Assembly (NCBI RefSeq): GCF_000253055.1
Contig: NC_016070.1
Location: forward strand, 1,740,001-1,772,000
Direction: 5' to 3'
Source of the DNA: Thermoproteus tenax Kra 1
GTDB lineage: Archaea > Thermoproteota > Thermoprotei > Thermoproteales > Thermoproteaceae
DNA length: 32,000 nt
The notes beneath the pieces are model-generated. The model had not been told where the DNA came from. It ran no database searches and saw nothing but the letters and a program-made list of their open reading frames with translations. Shown here in pieces: positions 1-9,207 of the stretch (within the stretch, counting starts at the first letter, position 1; every line of letters begins with the position of its first letter). Made by a program: the position numbers and the translations under genes.

Positions 1-144
1 GATGCCGGCGAGAGTTCTCAATAAGGTCGTCTTCCCGGCCCCATTCGGGCCCAAAATTAAGTTGATGCCGGGTACTATCCTCAATGTAACGTCTTGGAGC
101 ACGTAGCGGTCGCCCAACTTAACGGTCAGAGACTCTACCCACAT
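1..144 (-). CDS. ABC transporter ATP-binding protein, N-terminal fragment running off the window
   Basis: Minus-strand translation from the ATG at 144 reads MWVESLTVKLGDRYVLQDVTLRIVPGINLILGPNGAGKTTLLRTLAGI, which contains a Walker A motif (GPNGAGKT). The start overlaps the end of the upstream permease gene, which fits operon coupling. Confidence 0.8.
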   Translation of the reverse strand, partial: MWVESLTVKLGDRYVLQDVTLRIVPGINLILGPNGAGKTTLLRTLAGI

Positions 145-1099
145 TTTTCAACACAAGCAAGATTACGGGCACTGAGAAGATCGAGGTTATTGCCGTCACG
201 GGCACTGAAAAGCCGAGTGCCCCTCTGGCCAGTATGTCGGAGGCCAACAGCACAGGCGCGCCCACCGCTGCGCTGGAGGGAACCACCTCTCTGGCAGAGC
301 TGTGCCCCAACATCTGTTTGACGATGTGCGGCACCATTAGTCCCACGAAGCCTATCACTCCGACTTGTGATACTACGAACGACACAGACAGAGATATCAT
401 AGCTATCCAGAGGGCTCTATACGTGTTGGGTCTCAGCCTCCTCACGTGGGCCAGCTCATCGCTTATAGCGACCAAGTCCATACGCCTGGCCTCCCTTATG
501 GCAAAAACCGTCATAAGCGCAACTATAGCGGCTAGGACGACGTCAATTCTATACCCCACGTAGTCAATATATCCGAAGAGCCAGAACGTGACCGGGGGTA
601 TCTGCGGCATAAGCGACGACAGATAAGATAGACCTATAGTCGTAGCCGCCGAGAATAGATAGGAGACGGCGACCCCGCCTATGACGGTGGCATATACATC
701 GCCTCTGCCTATAGCCAATGTCGTTATGCTGGCCGTTGTTGCGAAAAAGAATGCGAGAGGCACTTGATAAAGGATCAGATAGACAGGGGATAGGCCGGCC
801 GCCACTAGGGCGTACGCCAACAAGGCCCCGAAGGCGGCGCCAGAGGCCGTGCCGGCTATATATGGATCTAGGAGCGGGTTCCTATATAGAGTCTGCATCA
901 CAGCGCCCGACATGGAGAGAATGGAGCCTATAAGGGCCGCCGCAATGGCCGTGGGCAACCGTATGTACCAGACAATGACAGCGTAGTTTCCATCGAAGAA
1001 CTTATTCGGAGGTACAAAGACAGAGCCGGTCATTAAAAACGCGAAAAACAAGGGAGGTGTAGCCAGAGCGGATAAAAGTGCTATTCCTTTTGGGCTCAC
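119..1099 (-). CDS. FecCD/BtuC-family ABC transporter permease (iron-chelate or cobalamin type)
   Basis: A polytopic membrane protein with a FecCD-like layout and a Gly/Ala-rich C-terminal half. I prefer the GTG at 1099 because it forms a GTGA overlap with the stop of the binding-protein gene. The track ORF extends to 1153, but that extension overlaps the upstream gene by 58 nt. Confidence 0.8.
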   Translation of the reverse strand: MSPKGIALLSALATPPLFFAFLMTGSVFVPPNKFFDGNYAVIVWYIRLPTAIAAALIGSILSMSGAVMQTLYRNPLLDPYIAGTASGAAFGALLAYALVAAGLSPVYLILYQVPLAFFFATTASITTLAIGRGDVYATVIGGVAVSYLFSAATTIGLSYLSSLMPQIPPVTFWLFGYIDYVGYRIDVVLAAIVALMTVFAIREARRMDLVAISDELAHVRRLRPNTYRALWIAMISLSVSFVVSQVGVIGFVGLMVPHIVKQMLGHSSAREVVPSSAAVGAPVLLASDILARGALGFSVPVTAITSIFSVPVILLVLKNVGRVSDR

Positions 1100-2232
1100 G
1101 GGCTGTTTATCCCTTTTATTAATAAAGTTGCATTGAGACTCTTGAGGAACCACGCGGAGGTCAGACAGTGCGGCGCGTTGCCGGTAAGCACTTTGTGGAG
1201 CATGACCACGGCGTAGACAGACATGAGAGACGGCTCCTCAAGAGCGTCCTCCGGAAGGCCGGAGACCACGTAGACTCTGCCAGACCTATATGCAGCCACT
1301 TTATTGACGCCGGGGATGTTATCTAAAGCTTGCAACGCGTAGGTACAATTGCTCACGCCCATGGCTGAGAGCACGATTACGTCTGGATTTGAGGCTATCA
1401 AGAGCGAAGGCTCGAAGGGCCCCCAGCCCCCTCTCTCTATGGCGTTGATCCCTCCGGCCGCATCAACCACTGCCGATATAAATGTGTTGTTGCCGGCGGC
1501 GTAGAAGGATCCATCAGGATTTATCCAGACTATAACCGCGACGGACGCATTCAAGGGAGCTCCATATATCTCGAGCTCTCTGTTCATCCAAGTTACCAAT
1601 GCTTGGGCCCTCTGCTCTTTATGAAAGATCTTGCCCAGAGCTAGGAGATCCTCCTCTATCCCGGTTATGTTTGCCGCCAAAGTTCCTCTGAGGAAATAGA
1701 CGTTTAGACCTGTCTTGGGCAGATCCCGCGCCCAAAGTGCCTCAAAGCCTGCGTCGGCTAACACTATATCGGGATGTAGGAGCATCACGGTCTCGTTGAA
1801 ACCTGTCGGCGACATGGCATTTATCTTGATAACCTCGGCGTTGGCAGGGAGACAAGATGTGGCGTTCAACTCGCTCAATAGTTGATAGCTAAATTGGTCG
1901 AGGCCGATTATTCTATTACAGAGACCAAGGGCCACTAGCATCTGGGTTATACTGGGCGCTAGCGAGACCACAGTGGCGGGTTCAGAGGATATTACAAGGG
2001 TCCTATTAAGGGCGTCGGCGACCTCGATAGGGTAGTAAGATGTCGTAGCTGTGACGGTGGTGGTGTAGGACGCCGTAATAGTAGTAGTGACGGTCGTAAC
2101 TGTAGTAGATACATAGCTCACCGTTGTCGTAGCCGTCGGCGCTTGAGGAACTCTCAAGTGATAGCCTATAATTCCAGCTATAATTGCGACGGCCACAACC
2201 GCGATCGCAAACATTATGTTCCTAGTATTCAT
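1096..2232 (-). CDS. ABC transporter substrate-binding protein (FhuD/BtuF-like) with an N-terminal membrane anchor and a Thr/Val-rich linker
   Basis: The ORF sits in an operon with the permease and ATPase. It has an N-terminal TM helix (MNTRNIMFAIAVVAVAIIAGIIGY) and a TTTVSYVSTTVTTVTTTITASYTTTVTATTSYY linker, followed by a periplasmic-binding-protein-like body with many N-x-S/T sequons. The start is placed at the internal ATG at 2232; the track ORF starts at 2316. Confidence 0.75.
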   Translation of the reverse strand: MNTRNIMFAIAVVAVAIIAGIIGYHLRVPQAPTATTTVSYVSTTVTTVTTTITASYTTTVTATTSYYPIEVADALNRTLVISSEPATVVSLAPSITQMLVALGLCNRIIGLDQFSYQLLSELNATSCLPANAEVIKINAMSPTGFNETVMLLHPDIVLADAGFEALWARDLPKTGLNVYFLRGTLAANITGIEEDLLALGKIFHKEQRAQALVTWMNRELEIYGAPLNASVAVIVWINPDGSFYAAGNNTFISAVVDAAGGINAIERGGWGPFEPSLLIASNPDVIVLSAMGVSNCTYALQALDNIPGVNKVAAYRSGRVYVVSGLPEDALEEPSLMSVYAVVMLHKVLTGNAPHCLTSAWFLKSLNATLLIKGINSP

Positions 2233-2338
2233 AGTAGGGAGATATATCCCATATTTAAGTATATCATAGGAGTCCAGTCCCAAGGACAGCGGTTGCGCCC
2301 TCGGACTCTGCTCCATGTTAGATGCATGCGCCTTACAG

Positions 2339-2399
2339 CGCGGCGGAGGCGGGCTCGGAGCCTCCAGAGGGAGCCAAGCGCCGCTAAGGAGGCATGAGG
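2339..2399 (+). repeat. GC-rich dispersed intergenic repeat, truncated 3-prime-half copy (copy D)
   Basis: Positions 2348-2399 align base-for-base with 30550-30602. I counted 44 of 53 aligned positions identical, with one 1-nt indel. The copy lies between the nurA stop and the binding-protein start. Confidence 0.6.
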
Positions 2400-2402
2400 A
2401 CG

Positions 2403-3572
2403 CTAGAAAAGCCTACGAAATTTCTGGAGATTGTTAGGTTGTAGAACGTTAAGGAGTTTCGATGGTGCCTCTCTTATTAACATCATCAGTACTGCGTCCA
2501 CTAAATCCGGCGTGACTCTAACGTAGCGGTCCACTTCATCCAATATCTGGGGATAGCCTGTGGTCGTCGAAGAGGTCGCAGAGAGATAGGAGACGACCTC
2601 CTCTACGCTGTAGTCCCCGGAGTTTAAGACCTCTACGCGTACGGCGGTTTGAGAGCCAGGCGGCATGTAGTATGCGATCACTATGTCGCCTAGGAGCTTT
2701 AGATGAGGATATCTATTCGAGTTCAAAACGTTCCCGAAGTTAACTCCAAACTCCCTGAGCCTCTGGCACAGTCGCTCCGATTTGGCGTTTCTGGCCGGCA
2801 CGCCCTCCTTAAAACAAGACAATACGTCGTCCTTCAGAGGGCCCCCCTCGCAGCTGGCGTAATGGATCTCTGCCCACTTGGGGAGGACATCCCTCAGAGG
2901 GCCCAGAACCGCGTATTCGCCCGGCCTTAGGATCAACGACGCAGCCACTCTGTCATTGACGGGCAGACAGTTCCCGTACAACAGAGATAGATATCTAGAT
3001 CTGACGCGCTTCGCCAGGCCGACGAGCGCAACTTGCGACCTCTCGACGCCCTCCATGAGTGAGTCCACTACCTTGTTGACCTCCTCGTATCTGCCGCCAG
3101 AGACGGCCAGATTAAAGGGCAGAGGATGCACGGCTATTTCGCCGTCCACTATCAATATATCGAATTCCTTCTTCCCCTCTGCCTTCTGCCTTAAGAGCTT
3201 TGCAGCGAGCTTTCTCTCGAGCAATGTGGCGTATCTGGAGACGTCCTGTTCCTCTCTGTCCTCGAAGTAGACGACGCCGCTGAGATGTTTGTCCACGCCT
3301 CGCTTGGTCTTGCCCACATAGCCGTAAGCTATAACAGTAAATACGCCGCCGACGAGCTCAAGCGGCGGGCTGCCGTATGAAGAATCTACTGCGTAGGCGT
3401 AGTGTTCTCCCTCGGGCTTCGGGATGGGCTTTGGCGCCATGGCCCCCCTCAGGGCCGCTATACGATCGGCCAGCTCGCTTAGCCTCTTCAGTTTATCTGC
3501 GCTTTTCCTCACGTAGAAGCTGATGGCCGTGAGAAGGTCTGGCTCTAGCCAATACTCAAGGTCCTCCTCCAC
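2403..3572 (-). CDS. nurA: NurA-family 5-prime-3-prime nuclease
   Basis: Motif order matches what I recall of Sulfolobus NurA. YAVDSSYG corresponds to AIDGGSF, ILIVDGEIA to ILMDGSL, LVGLAKRVRSRYL to WISKVSRGRDLF, and the C-terminal GYPQILDEVDRYVRV to GYPFPLLKAHMDVRF. The GTG start lies 2 nt after the mtnP stop. Confidence 0.75.
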   Translation of the reverse strand: MEEDLEYWLEPDLLTAISFYVRKSADKLKRLSELADRIAALRGAMAPKPIPKPEGEHYAYAVDSSYGSPPLELVGGVFTVIAYGYVGKTKRGVDKHLSGVVYFEDREEQDVSRYATLLERKLAAKLLRQKAEGKKEFDILIVDGEIAVHPLPFNLAVSGGRYEEVNKVVDSLMEGVERSQVALVGLAKRVRSRYLSLLYGNCLPVNDRVAASLILRPGEYAVLGPLRDVLPKWAEIHYASCEGGPLKDDVLSCFKEGVPARNAKSERLCQRLREFGVNFGNVLNSNRYPHLKLLGDIVIAYYMPPGSQTAVRVEVLNSGDYSVEEVVSYLSATSSTTTGYPQILDEVDRYVRVTPDLVDAVLMMLIREAPSKLLNVLQPNNLQKFRRLF

Positions 3573-3574
3573 GA

Positions 3575-4423
3575 CTAAACGCAGGCGCTTTCAAGAGTTG
3601 CGCGACATTTGGCCTCAACCTCTCTGGGCAACTTGGGAACTACCTCGGCGACAACTCGCCTTATTATGTCCATCTTTTCGGCCATCATCTTCTCTACAGC
3701 CTCCGCAGTAACTGGCTGGTGCGGCACCCATATATCGTAGTCTGTCACGAGCGCTATTAGGGCGTAACACATGCCTAGCTCTCTAGCGAGGTTTATCTCA
3801 GGAACGAGAGTCATACCTATTATATCGCACTGATAAACATCTCTCCATATCCTGGACTCCGCCTTGGTGCTAAAGCGAGGCCCCTCTATACATATATAGC
3901 ATCCCGTTGTGTGGACTTTGTTATACTTAGACGCAGTCTCTATTAGCGCCCTCCGGAGCTCCTCCGTGAATGGCTCAAGGCCGATCTGGACATGACACGT
4001 CCTGGGGCCGTCGTAGAACGTGTACTCTCTGCCCTTCGTCATATCGACGAACTGGTCCGGGACGACGAAGTCGCCGGGGGCATAGTCGGGCCTTAGAGAG
4101 CCCACTGCGCTGACGGCAATAATAGATCTGACTCCCAACGAATATAAAGCATATATATTAGCTCTATAGGGTATCCTATGTGGTGGATATTTATGGCCTC
4201 TGCCGTGCCTTGGCAGAAATGCCACCCACCTTCCGCCGACCTTTCCGATAATTATATTGTCGCTCGGGAGCCCGTACGGCGTGTGCATCTGAACCTCTAA
4301 CGGCGCCTCAAAGATGCCAGGATCATATAGCCCGCTCCCGCCTATTATCCCCACTGAGGGAAGCTCGTCTATTCCGAGATCTCTCGGCGAAGTAGGCGGA
4401 GAGGTGAGCTTGACGACCTTCAT
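3575..4423 (-). CDS. mtnP: S-methyl-5-prime-thioadenosine phosphorylase (MTAP, PNP/UDP family)
   Basis: Motifs [31 protein letters not shown] and [14 protein letters not shown] are present. The start is set at the ATG at 4423 (MKVVKL), which lies about 20 nt downstream of the AT box at 4445-4456. The track ORF starts at 4486. Confidence 0.9.
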   Translation of the reverse strand: MKVVKLTSPPTSPRDLGIDELPSVGIIGGSGLYDPGIFEAPLEVQMHTPYGLPSDNIIIGKVGGRWVAFLPRHGRGHKYPPHRIPYRANIYALYSLGVRSIIAVSAVGSLRPDYAPGDFVVPDQFVDMTKGREYTFYDGPRTCHVQIGLEPFTEELRRALIETASKYNKVHTTGCYICIEGPRFSTKAESRIWRDVYQCDIIGMTLVPEINLARELGMCYALIALVTDYDIWVPHQPVTAEAVEKMMAEKMDIIRRVVAEVVPKLPREVEAKCRATLESACV

Positions 4424-4444
4424 GGGTCGGGGATAGTCGCCGCT

Positions 4445-4456
4445 ATTAAATTTAAT
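4445..4456. promoter_or_regulatory. Shared bidirectional TATA-like box for mtnP (-) and the 162-aa gene (+)
   Basis: ATTAAATTTAAT lies about 20 nt from both the ATG at 4423 (minus strand) and the ATG at 4475 (plus strand). Confidence 0.5.
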
Positions 4457-4474
4457 CTCTGCGCACCAGGAGAC

Positions 4475-4963
4475 ATGTCGCTCCAAGACTTCCTAAATGC
4501 CTCATTCAATGAATTAGTAAGGAGGTACGGCGCAGTGAAGCGCGATAATATCTACGAGGTGCCGATCCAGAACGCCCCGTGGGTGCTCAGCAAGTCGCTC
4601 ACGGCGTCTTTAAAGGCTGGGAGAAGCTACAAATTACACGGACTCAACGTCTCGTGGAGCGGACCGGGAGAGGTTTATGTGGTATTGACCGACTGGGAGA
4701 TAGCGTTCGGCTATATCCTCGCCAAGCGTAGGAGGATGTTCTCCTGTGTGCGTAGGCCCTTCAGTGCGCCCTACGGGGTAACCCTCCCTCCGCACATTAA
4801 AGTGAGGGAGCTCGAGCTTGTCCTCTCAGACTCTGAGACGATCACTTGTGTAGATAAATCTATAGAGATCAAGGCCGTGGCAGTGATCCCCACGACGGTC
4901 TACGTATTGGACACCCTGAAGGCTGACTTCGGCGAGCTGAGGCTTGAAGAATTGCCCGCCTAG
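4475..4963 (+). CDS. hypothetical protein, 162 aa
   Basis: A clean ORF with protein-like composition and a leaderless-type spacing from the AT box. I recognise no motif. Confidence 0.6.
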   Translation: MSLQDFLNASFNELVRRYGAVKRDNIYEVPIQNAPWVLSKSLTASLKAGRSYKLHGLNVSWSGPGEVYVVLTDWEIAFGYILAKRRRMFSCVRRPFSAPYGVTLPPHIKVRELELVLSDSETITCVDKSIEIKAVAVIPTTVYVLDTLKADFGELRLEELPA

Positions 4964-5003
4964 GGACAAGATTTATTAAGGTGGCACGGATAGACACACT
5001 AGA

Positions 5004-5366
5004 ATGGGTGTAGAGTTTCCCGACAGGGACGCGGAGGACATTGTGAGCCAGTTGTTAGGGGGCGGAGAGGAGGACCAGATGCTTCAGACGATTACGAAAG
5101 AGAAGGCATTAATCCATATAAGGCTCGAGAGAAGGAAGAGCCACTTGGTAACTATAATAGATTTCGGCAACACGGACGATGCAAAACAACTGGGAATAAA
5201 GGATCTGGCCCGCGAGCTGAAGAAAAGGCTCGCGGCCGGCGGTACTATAAGGGACAGTTGGATAGAGATACAGGGAGATCATAGGCAGAAGGTCAAGAAG
5301 ATGTTGATAGATATGGGCTTCAAGGAGGAGAATATACTCATAGACGAGGAGGTCAAGGAGACTTAA
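5004..5366 (+). CDS. translation initiation factor aSUI1 (eIF1 homologue)
   Basis: The SUI1 core reads VTIIDFG...[44 protein letters not shown]-like GATTTATTAAGG lies upstream. Confidence 0.9.
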   Translation: MGVEFPDRDAEDIVSQLLGGGEEDQMLQTITKEKALIHIRLERRKSHLVTIIDFGNTDDAKQLGIKDLARELKKRLAAGGTIRDSWIEIQGDHRQKVKKMLIDMGFKEENILIDEEVKET

Positions 5367-5647
5367 TGGAGGAGGCCAAGGCGCTGGCCGAGAGAGGCGA
5401 CTATAGAGGTCTTGCTCAACTTTGTCTAAAGATACTAGGCGTCTCGAGCTGGCATGAGGCGTGGGCGCGGGGGGCCCAGCTGGCAGAGAGAAGCAAAGAA
5501 TATGTGATATTGAAGTTCCTAGCCTCCGCATATGTCCTGTCCAGTGACGAAATATACAATGTATTGAACGAGGCTGAGAGAGAGTTTCTCGCAAGAGATC
5601 TCGCTGTCTGTATAGGGAAGGTGTCCCAACTTCTCGGCCTCAGCTGA
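5366..5647 (+). CDS. hypothetical protein, 93 aa, translationally coupled to aSUI1
   Basis: A TAATG stop/start overlap joins it to the SUI1 gene. The composition is helical and charged. I recognise no motif. Confidence 0.5.
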   Translation: MEEAKALAERGDYRGLAQLCLKILGVSSWHEAWARGAQLAERSKEYVILKFLASAYVLSSDEIYNVLNEAEREFLARDLAVCIGKVSQLLGLS

Positions 5648-5652
5648 GCGCC

Positions 5653-7557
5653 CTACATTCTGCTCAAGACGGGGACGCCCAGAATCTCCAGGCCATTCTT
5701 CATTGTAATCCTCACTACGTTGACCAACGCCAGCCTAAAGCGCCGGACATCCCCCTCGGCCTTTATAACCGGGTATTTCTCGTAGTAGCTGTTGAACAAG
5801 AGGGCCAGAGAGTTGAGGTAGTCTGAAATGTAGTCTGGCCTTAGATCCTTAACCGCGCTCGCGACGACCCTTGGCCACATGGCCAGCCTCACTACGAGAT
5901 CCCTCTCCTCCGGCGGCAACGAGTCAGGCACCGACGGCGCCGCCTCGGGCGCCTCGCCGGCCTTCTCCAAGATTGAGGCAGCCCTCACATAGGTGTACTG
6001 TAGGAATGGCCCCGAGTTGCTCCTCATGTTGAGGACTACGTCCCACTTGAAATCGATCGGCTTTCTCGGCGATGCGGACAGATAGAAGTAGCGCACGGCG
6101 CCCACGCCGACCTTCTCGCCAATCACAGCGGCGGTCTCTCTGTCCTTCTCCTTGACCATCTCGGCCGACCTCTCCGCCGCCTCATCTAAGATTTCATCCA
6201 ATGATACATATTGCCCTCTTCTGGCCGACATCTTCATGCCGGGCATGTTGACCATCTCATAGGAGTAGTGGACTATCCTTTTGGCCTCCTCTTTGTGTCC
6301 CAACGCATAGAGGATTATTTTTACATGCGCTTGTTCGTGCGTCTGTTCCGAAGATATCACTCTAACGACCTTGTCAACGGCGTGTTGGGCCTGCCACAAA
6401 GCGTAGGCCACATCCCTAGTGACGTAGAGAGTCGTTCCATCGGAACGGGTAAGCGTGACGGGAGGTATGAACTTCGGAAGATCCAGCTCCTCCCTCAGGT
6501 TGAAATCTTCAACGAATTTATCAGCTCTGAAGACCACAGCGCCCTCTTTGTTCTCTATATAGCTAGGCCATCTCCGTTTCAGCTCCTCAACTAGTTCAAC
6601 AGCCTTGTTGCTCCAGACGGCCAGCTCGCTCTCGTAGTCCCATTTGTCAATAGCGATACCCAGCCTCTCGAGAGTGGCTCTCTGCCCCTTGAGCACCAAG
6701 TCGACTACGGCTCTGACCTTAGCCCTAGCCTGTAGGTCTCCTCTCTCATAGAGTCTGTTCAGCTCGGCCGCCTCAGTGAAGAGGTCCCTCCTCCCGAGCC
6801 TCTCTGCTAGTAAATTAGTCAGCTCGGGCTCTGCGTCCATATGACGCTTAATCACCCCCATCCACTCGTCTATTTCGGCCAGTATCTCGCGCCTCTTCTC
6901 ATCGCTCTGGCCCTCCGCCAGCCTTTTCAATCTGTTTATCTCGGCTATTGCCGTCGCGACCGAGTAGACATATCCCACCGCCAAGTCGGGCTTAACGCCG
7001 CGCTCCACCATCTTGTTAACTTCCTCGGATACGGCCTCGTAGCCAAGTGCAGCGTACATAACTTGGGAGCCACAGTCGTCTACATAGAAGTGTACCTCTA
7101 CATCGTTGCCGCAGAACCTCAACAGACGGACGAGCGAGTCCCCCAACACTGCGTTGCGCCCGTGGCCTACGTGGAGCGGATGCAACGGATTTGCGGAGGT
7201 GTGCTCCACAAGGAATCTGCCCACTTTACACCGAGCTGAGTAGCCGTATTTCTCACCTGCCGACCTCACCGAGTCGAACAACGCAACGGCCAGCCTCCTT
7301 ACGTCTACATCGGCGTTGAGGTACATGTTCTCTAGTCTCACGTTGGCGAGGTACTCAAACCGACGCCCCCTTAGAGTCTCGGCGACCGCCTCCGGGCTTG
7401 GCCTCAGCTTGTGCAGACGCGCGGTTACGAACGCGAACTTCGATGGAAACTCTACCTCAGGCCTGGTGGTGGCGCCAATCTTGGCCACAATCTCGTCCAC
7501 CAACCTTTCGAACTCCGAGATTACGGCATCAAGCGGATCCACTATGAGGTGTTCCAC
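5653..7557 (-). CDS. argS: arginine--tRNA ligase
   Basis: A class I HIGH region is present (SANPLHPLHVGHGRNAVLGD). The length (634 aa) and C-terminal anticodon-binding region are typical of ArgRS. The start codon is GTG. Confidence 0.95.
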   Translation of the reverse strand: MEHLIVDPLDAVISEFERLVDEIVAKIGATTRPEVEFPSKFAFVTARLHKLRPSPEAVAETLRGRRFEYLANVRLENMYLNADVDVRRLAVALFDSVRSAGEKYGYSARCKVGRFLVEHTSANPLHPLHVGHGRNAVLGDSLVRLLRFCGNDVEVHFYVDDCGSQVMYAALGYEAVSEEVNKMVERGVKPDLAVGYVYSVATAIAEINRLKRLAEGQSDEKRREILAEIDEWMGVIKRHMDAEPELTNLLAERLGRRDLFTEAAELNRLYERGDLQARAKVRAVVDLVLKGQRATLERLGIAIDKWDYESELAVWSNKAVELVEELKRRWPSYIENKEGAVVFRADKFVEDFNLREELDLPKFIPPVTLTRSDGTTLYVTRDVAYALWQAQHAVDKVVRVISSEQTHEQAHVKIILYALGHKEEAKRIVHYSYEMVNMPGMKMSARRGQYVSLDEILDEAAERSAEMVKEKDRETAAVIGEKVGVGAVRYFYLSASPRKPIDFKWDVVLNMRSNSGPFLQYTYVRAASILEKAGEAPEAAPSVPDSLPPEERDLVVRLAMWPRVVASAVKDLRPDYISDYLNSLALLFNSYYEKYPVIKAEGDVRRFRLALVNVVRITMKNGLEILGVPVLSRM

Positions 7558-7722
7558 TACTCTTAAAAAATGACTATTCCTTTCAATTATATTCAGTCTT
7601 TCTGAGAGGCCCGCGAGCCGGCCGCCGTAAGCGCTCGCCCTCGCGCGCCAGTAGACGGATGCAAGACGCCGGCTAGATTTGCCTCGTAAAAATATTTATA
7701 ACCTACTAGATTCCCAAGGGCC

Positions 7723-8175
7723 ATGGCAACCACCGTAGACCCCAAGACATTTTACGCGAACTCAGTGCAGGGTAAGCCATTCTATGTAAGATTCGAGGTT
7801 CCAGCAGAGCTAGCCGAGAAGGCCTACGATATACTTAACGTCGCGAGGCAGACTGGCAAAATCAAGAAGGGCACTAACGAGGTCACAAAGGCTGTTGAGC
7901 GCGGCCTAGCTAGGCTGGTGCTCATCGCGGAGGACGTGGATCCGCCTGAAGTGGTGGCCCACTTGCCAATACTGTGCGAGGAGAAGAAGGTGCCCTACGT
8001 CTATGTGCCCTCCAAGGAGAAGTTGGGCAAAGCCGCCGGCATTAACGTTGCCGCAGCCGCCGCGGTTGTGATAGATCCAGGCCAAGCCGCCGCCGAGCTT
8101 GAAGGATTTGTGACAAGGCTGAACGAAGTGAGGAGCAAATACGGCCTAGGGCCTATAGCTCCCGCAAGGAAATAA
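7723..8175 (+). CDS. rpl7ae: 50S ribosomal protein L7Ae (K-turn binding)
   Basis: The sequence reads [58 protein letters not shown]. The TATA-like ATATTTATA at 7692-7700 is centred about 27 nt upstream of the ATG. Confidence 0.95.
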   Translation: MATTVDPKTFYANSVQGKPFYVRFEVPAELAEKAYDILNVARQTGKIKKGTNEVTKAVERGLARLVLIAEDVDPPEVVAHLPILCEEKKVPYVYVPSKEKLGKAAGINVAAAAAVVIDPGQAAAELEGFVTRLNEVRSKYGLGPIAPARK

Positions 8176-8182
8176 TATTTTT

Positions 8183-8374
8183 CTACTTCGCGGCGGGCTT
8201 CTTCGATCTTTTCCTGACCCAAGCTAGATCTCTCGGATCTCTTCCATATTTAGTCGCACTGACGAAGCACTTGTGGCTACAGTACCTCAGCACGGTGCCG
8301 TCAGCTTTAACGTACATAATCCCCTCGCCTGGATATATCGGCGCGCCGCAGAAGTTACACTTGTAGACCCTCAT
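8183..8374 (-). CDS. rpl24e: 50S ribosomal protein L24e
   Basis: The sequence [37 protein letters not shown] is characteristic of L24e. An ATGA overlap joins it to the S28e stop. Confidence 0.95.
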   Translation of the reverse strand: MRVYKCNFCGAPIYPGEGIMYVKADGTVLRYCSHKCFVSATKYGRDPRDLAWVRKRSKKPAAK

Positions 8375-8604
8375 CTCGCCGTAATCTTCCTTGCCTCTCT
8401 TTCGGTCTCACGGAGCATGACTATATCTCCAAGCCTCACAGGGCCTTTTACGTTGCGAGTGAGCACGCGCCCTTTATCGCGGCCCTCCAAGACCTTGACC
8501 TTCACTTGTGTCACCTCTCCTGCAACGCCGGTCCTTCCCAGTATTTGAACCACTATGGCCGCTACGGCGTCCTCATACGGTGAGAGCTTGAGCTCTTGCG
8601 CCAT
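8371..8604 (-). CDS. rps28e: 30S ribosomal protein S28e
   Basis: The sequence reads [54 protein letters not shown]. The start is set at the ATG at 8604, which lies 19 nt downstream of the AT box at 8625-8636. The track ORF starts at 8643. Confidence 0.9.
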   Translation of the reverse strand: MAQELKLSPYEDAVAAIVVQILGRTGVAGEVTQVKVKVLEGRDKGRVLTRNVKGPVRLGDIVMLRETEREARKITAR

Positions 8605-8676
8605 AGGCTCTGGGATGTCCACCCTTTTTAAAATTTGCAGCAATGGATTTATTTTTCAGACACAAGCGGCTACATG

Positions 8677-8937
8677 GGCAGACTGCTCATGATAGGCTTA
8701 ATGCTGATCTTGGTCGGGTTTATGATTATGGCATTGGCCCCGTTGGCGAGCTTGAGCCAGAGCCAAGCGGCCGCTGCAGGATGCATCGTCTTATTCTTTA
8801 TACCCATATGCTTCGGAGCCGGCTCCCCCGGCCTTCTTCCGGCCGCAATGGTGTTGACCGTAATCGCCCTCGCATTTGTGCTAGCCACCTATCTAATCCT
8901 CCTATGGAGTATAAGACGTCAAAAGGAACAGAGCTAG
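8677..8937 (+). CDS. small two-TM membrane protein, DUF131-like paralogue
   Basis: An N-terminal TM helix is followed by a GCIVLFFIPICFGAG core and then a C-terminal TM helix. This is the same layout as the convergent neighbour. The start is set at the ATG at 8677 (MGRLLMIGL). Confidence 0.55.
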   Translation, partial: GRLLMIGLMLILVGFMIMALAPLASLSQSQAAAAGCIVLFFIPICFGAGSPGLLPAAMVLTVIALAFVLATYLILLWSIRRQKEQS

Positions 8938-9162
8938 GGCCAACGCAGTTAGAACTATTGCTAGAATTAATACTATTTTTGTCACTCTCTGGCTTGTCCC
9001 AAAGACTATCGGCACCGGCCCTATTATGACGACGCCTCCGGCCTCGCCTGAGGCCTTTCCGTCCTCCCTTCGGCTTGCCTCGACCACTATGGACAAAAAC
9101 ACGAGGAACATCCCCAGTAGGATCAAGCCGAAGCCCACGAGGATGAGGTCATACGTCGACAT
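8902..9162 (-). CDS. small two-TM membrane protein, DUF131/TIGR00304-like
   Basis: The core GGVVIIGPVPIVFGTS is flanked by two hydrophobic helices. The protein is 86 aa. Confidence 0.6.
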   Translation of the reverse strand: MSTYDLILVGFGLILLGMFLVFLSIVVEASRREDGKASGEAGGVVIIGPVPIVFGTSQRVTKIVLILAIVLTALALALFLLTSYTP

Positions 9163-9207
9163 AGAAGATTGTGTGTCTCAGATAAAAAACTATATCCTCC
9201 TAATTCC

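Noticed and set aside
6211-7239. Plus-strand track ORFs inside argS (127 aa and 132 aa)
   Set aside because: They are shadow ORFs opposite a high-confidence ArgRS gene. I see no motifs and their composition is poor.
7570-7605. C/D-like motifs (AATGACTA ... CTGA) upstream of argS
   Set aside because: The C box is poor, box-to-box distance is only about 36 nt, and there is no C-prime/D-prime pair. The AT-rich part is better explained as the argS promoter.
7606-7680. GC-rich stretch between argS and rpl7ae (GGCCGCCGTAAGCGCTCGCCCTCGCGCGCC) as a possible further copy of the repeat family
   Set aside because: Similarity is limited to GGCCG..GTA..CTCGCCCTCGCG-like strings and could be chance in GC-rich sequence. 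A local stem, GCGAGC/GCTCGC (7612-7617 / 7631-7636), exists. I would only revisit this with a genome-wide profile.
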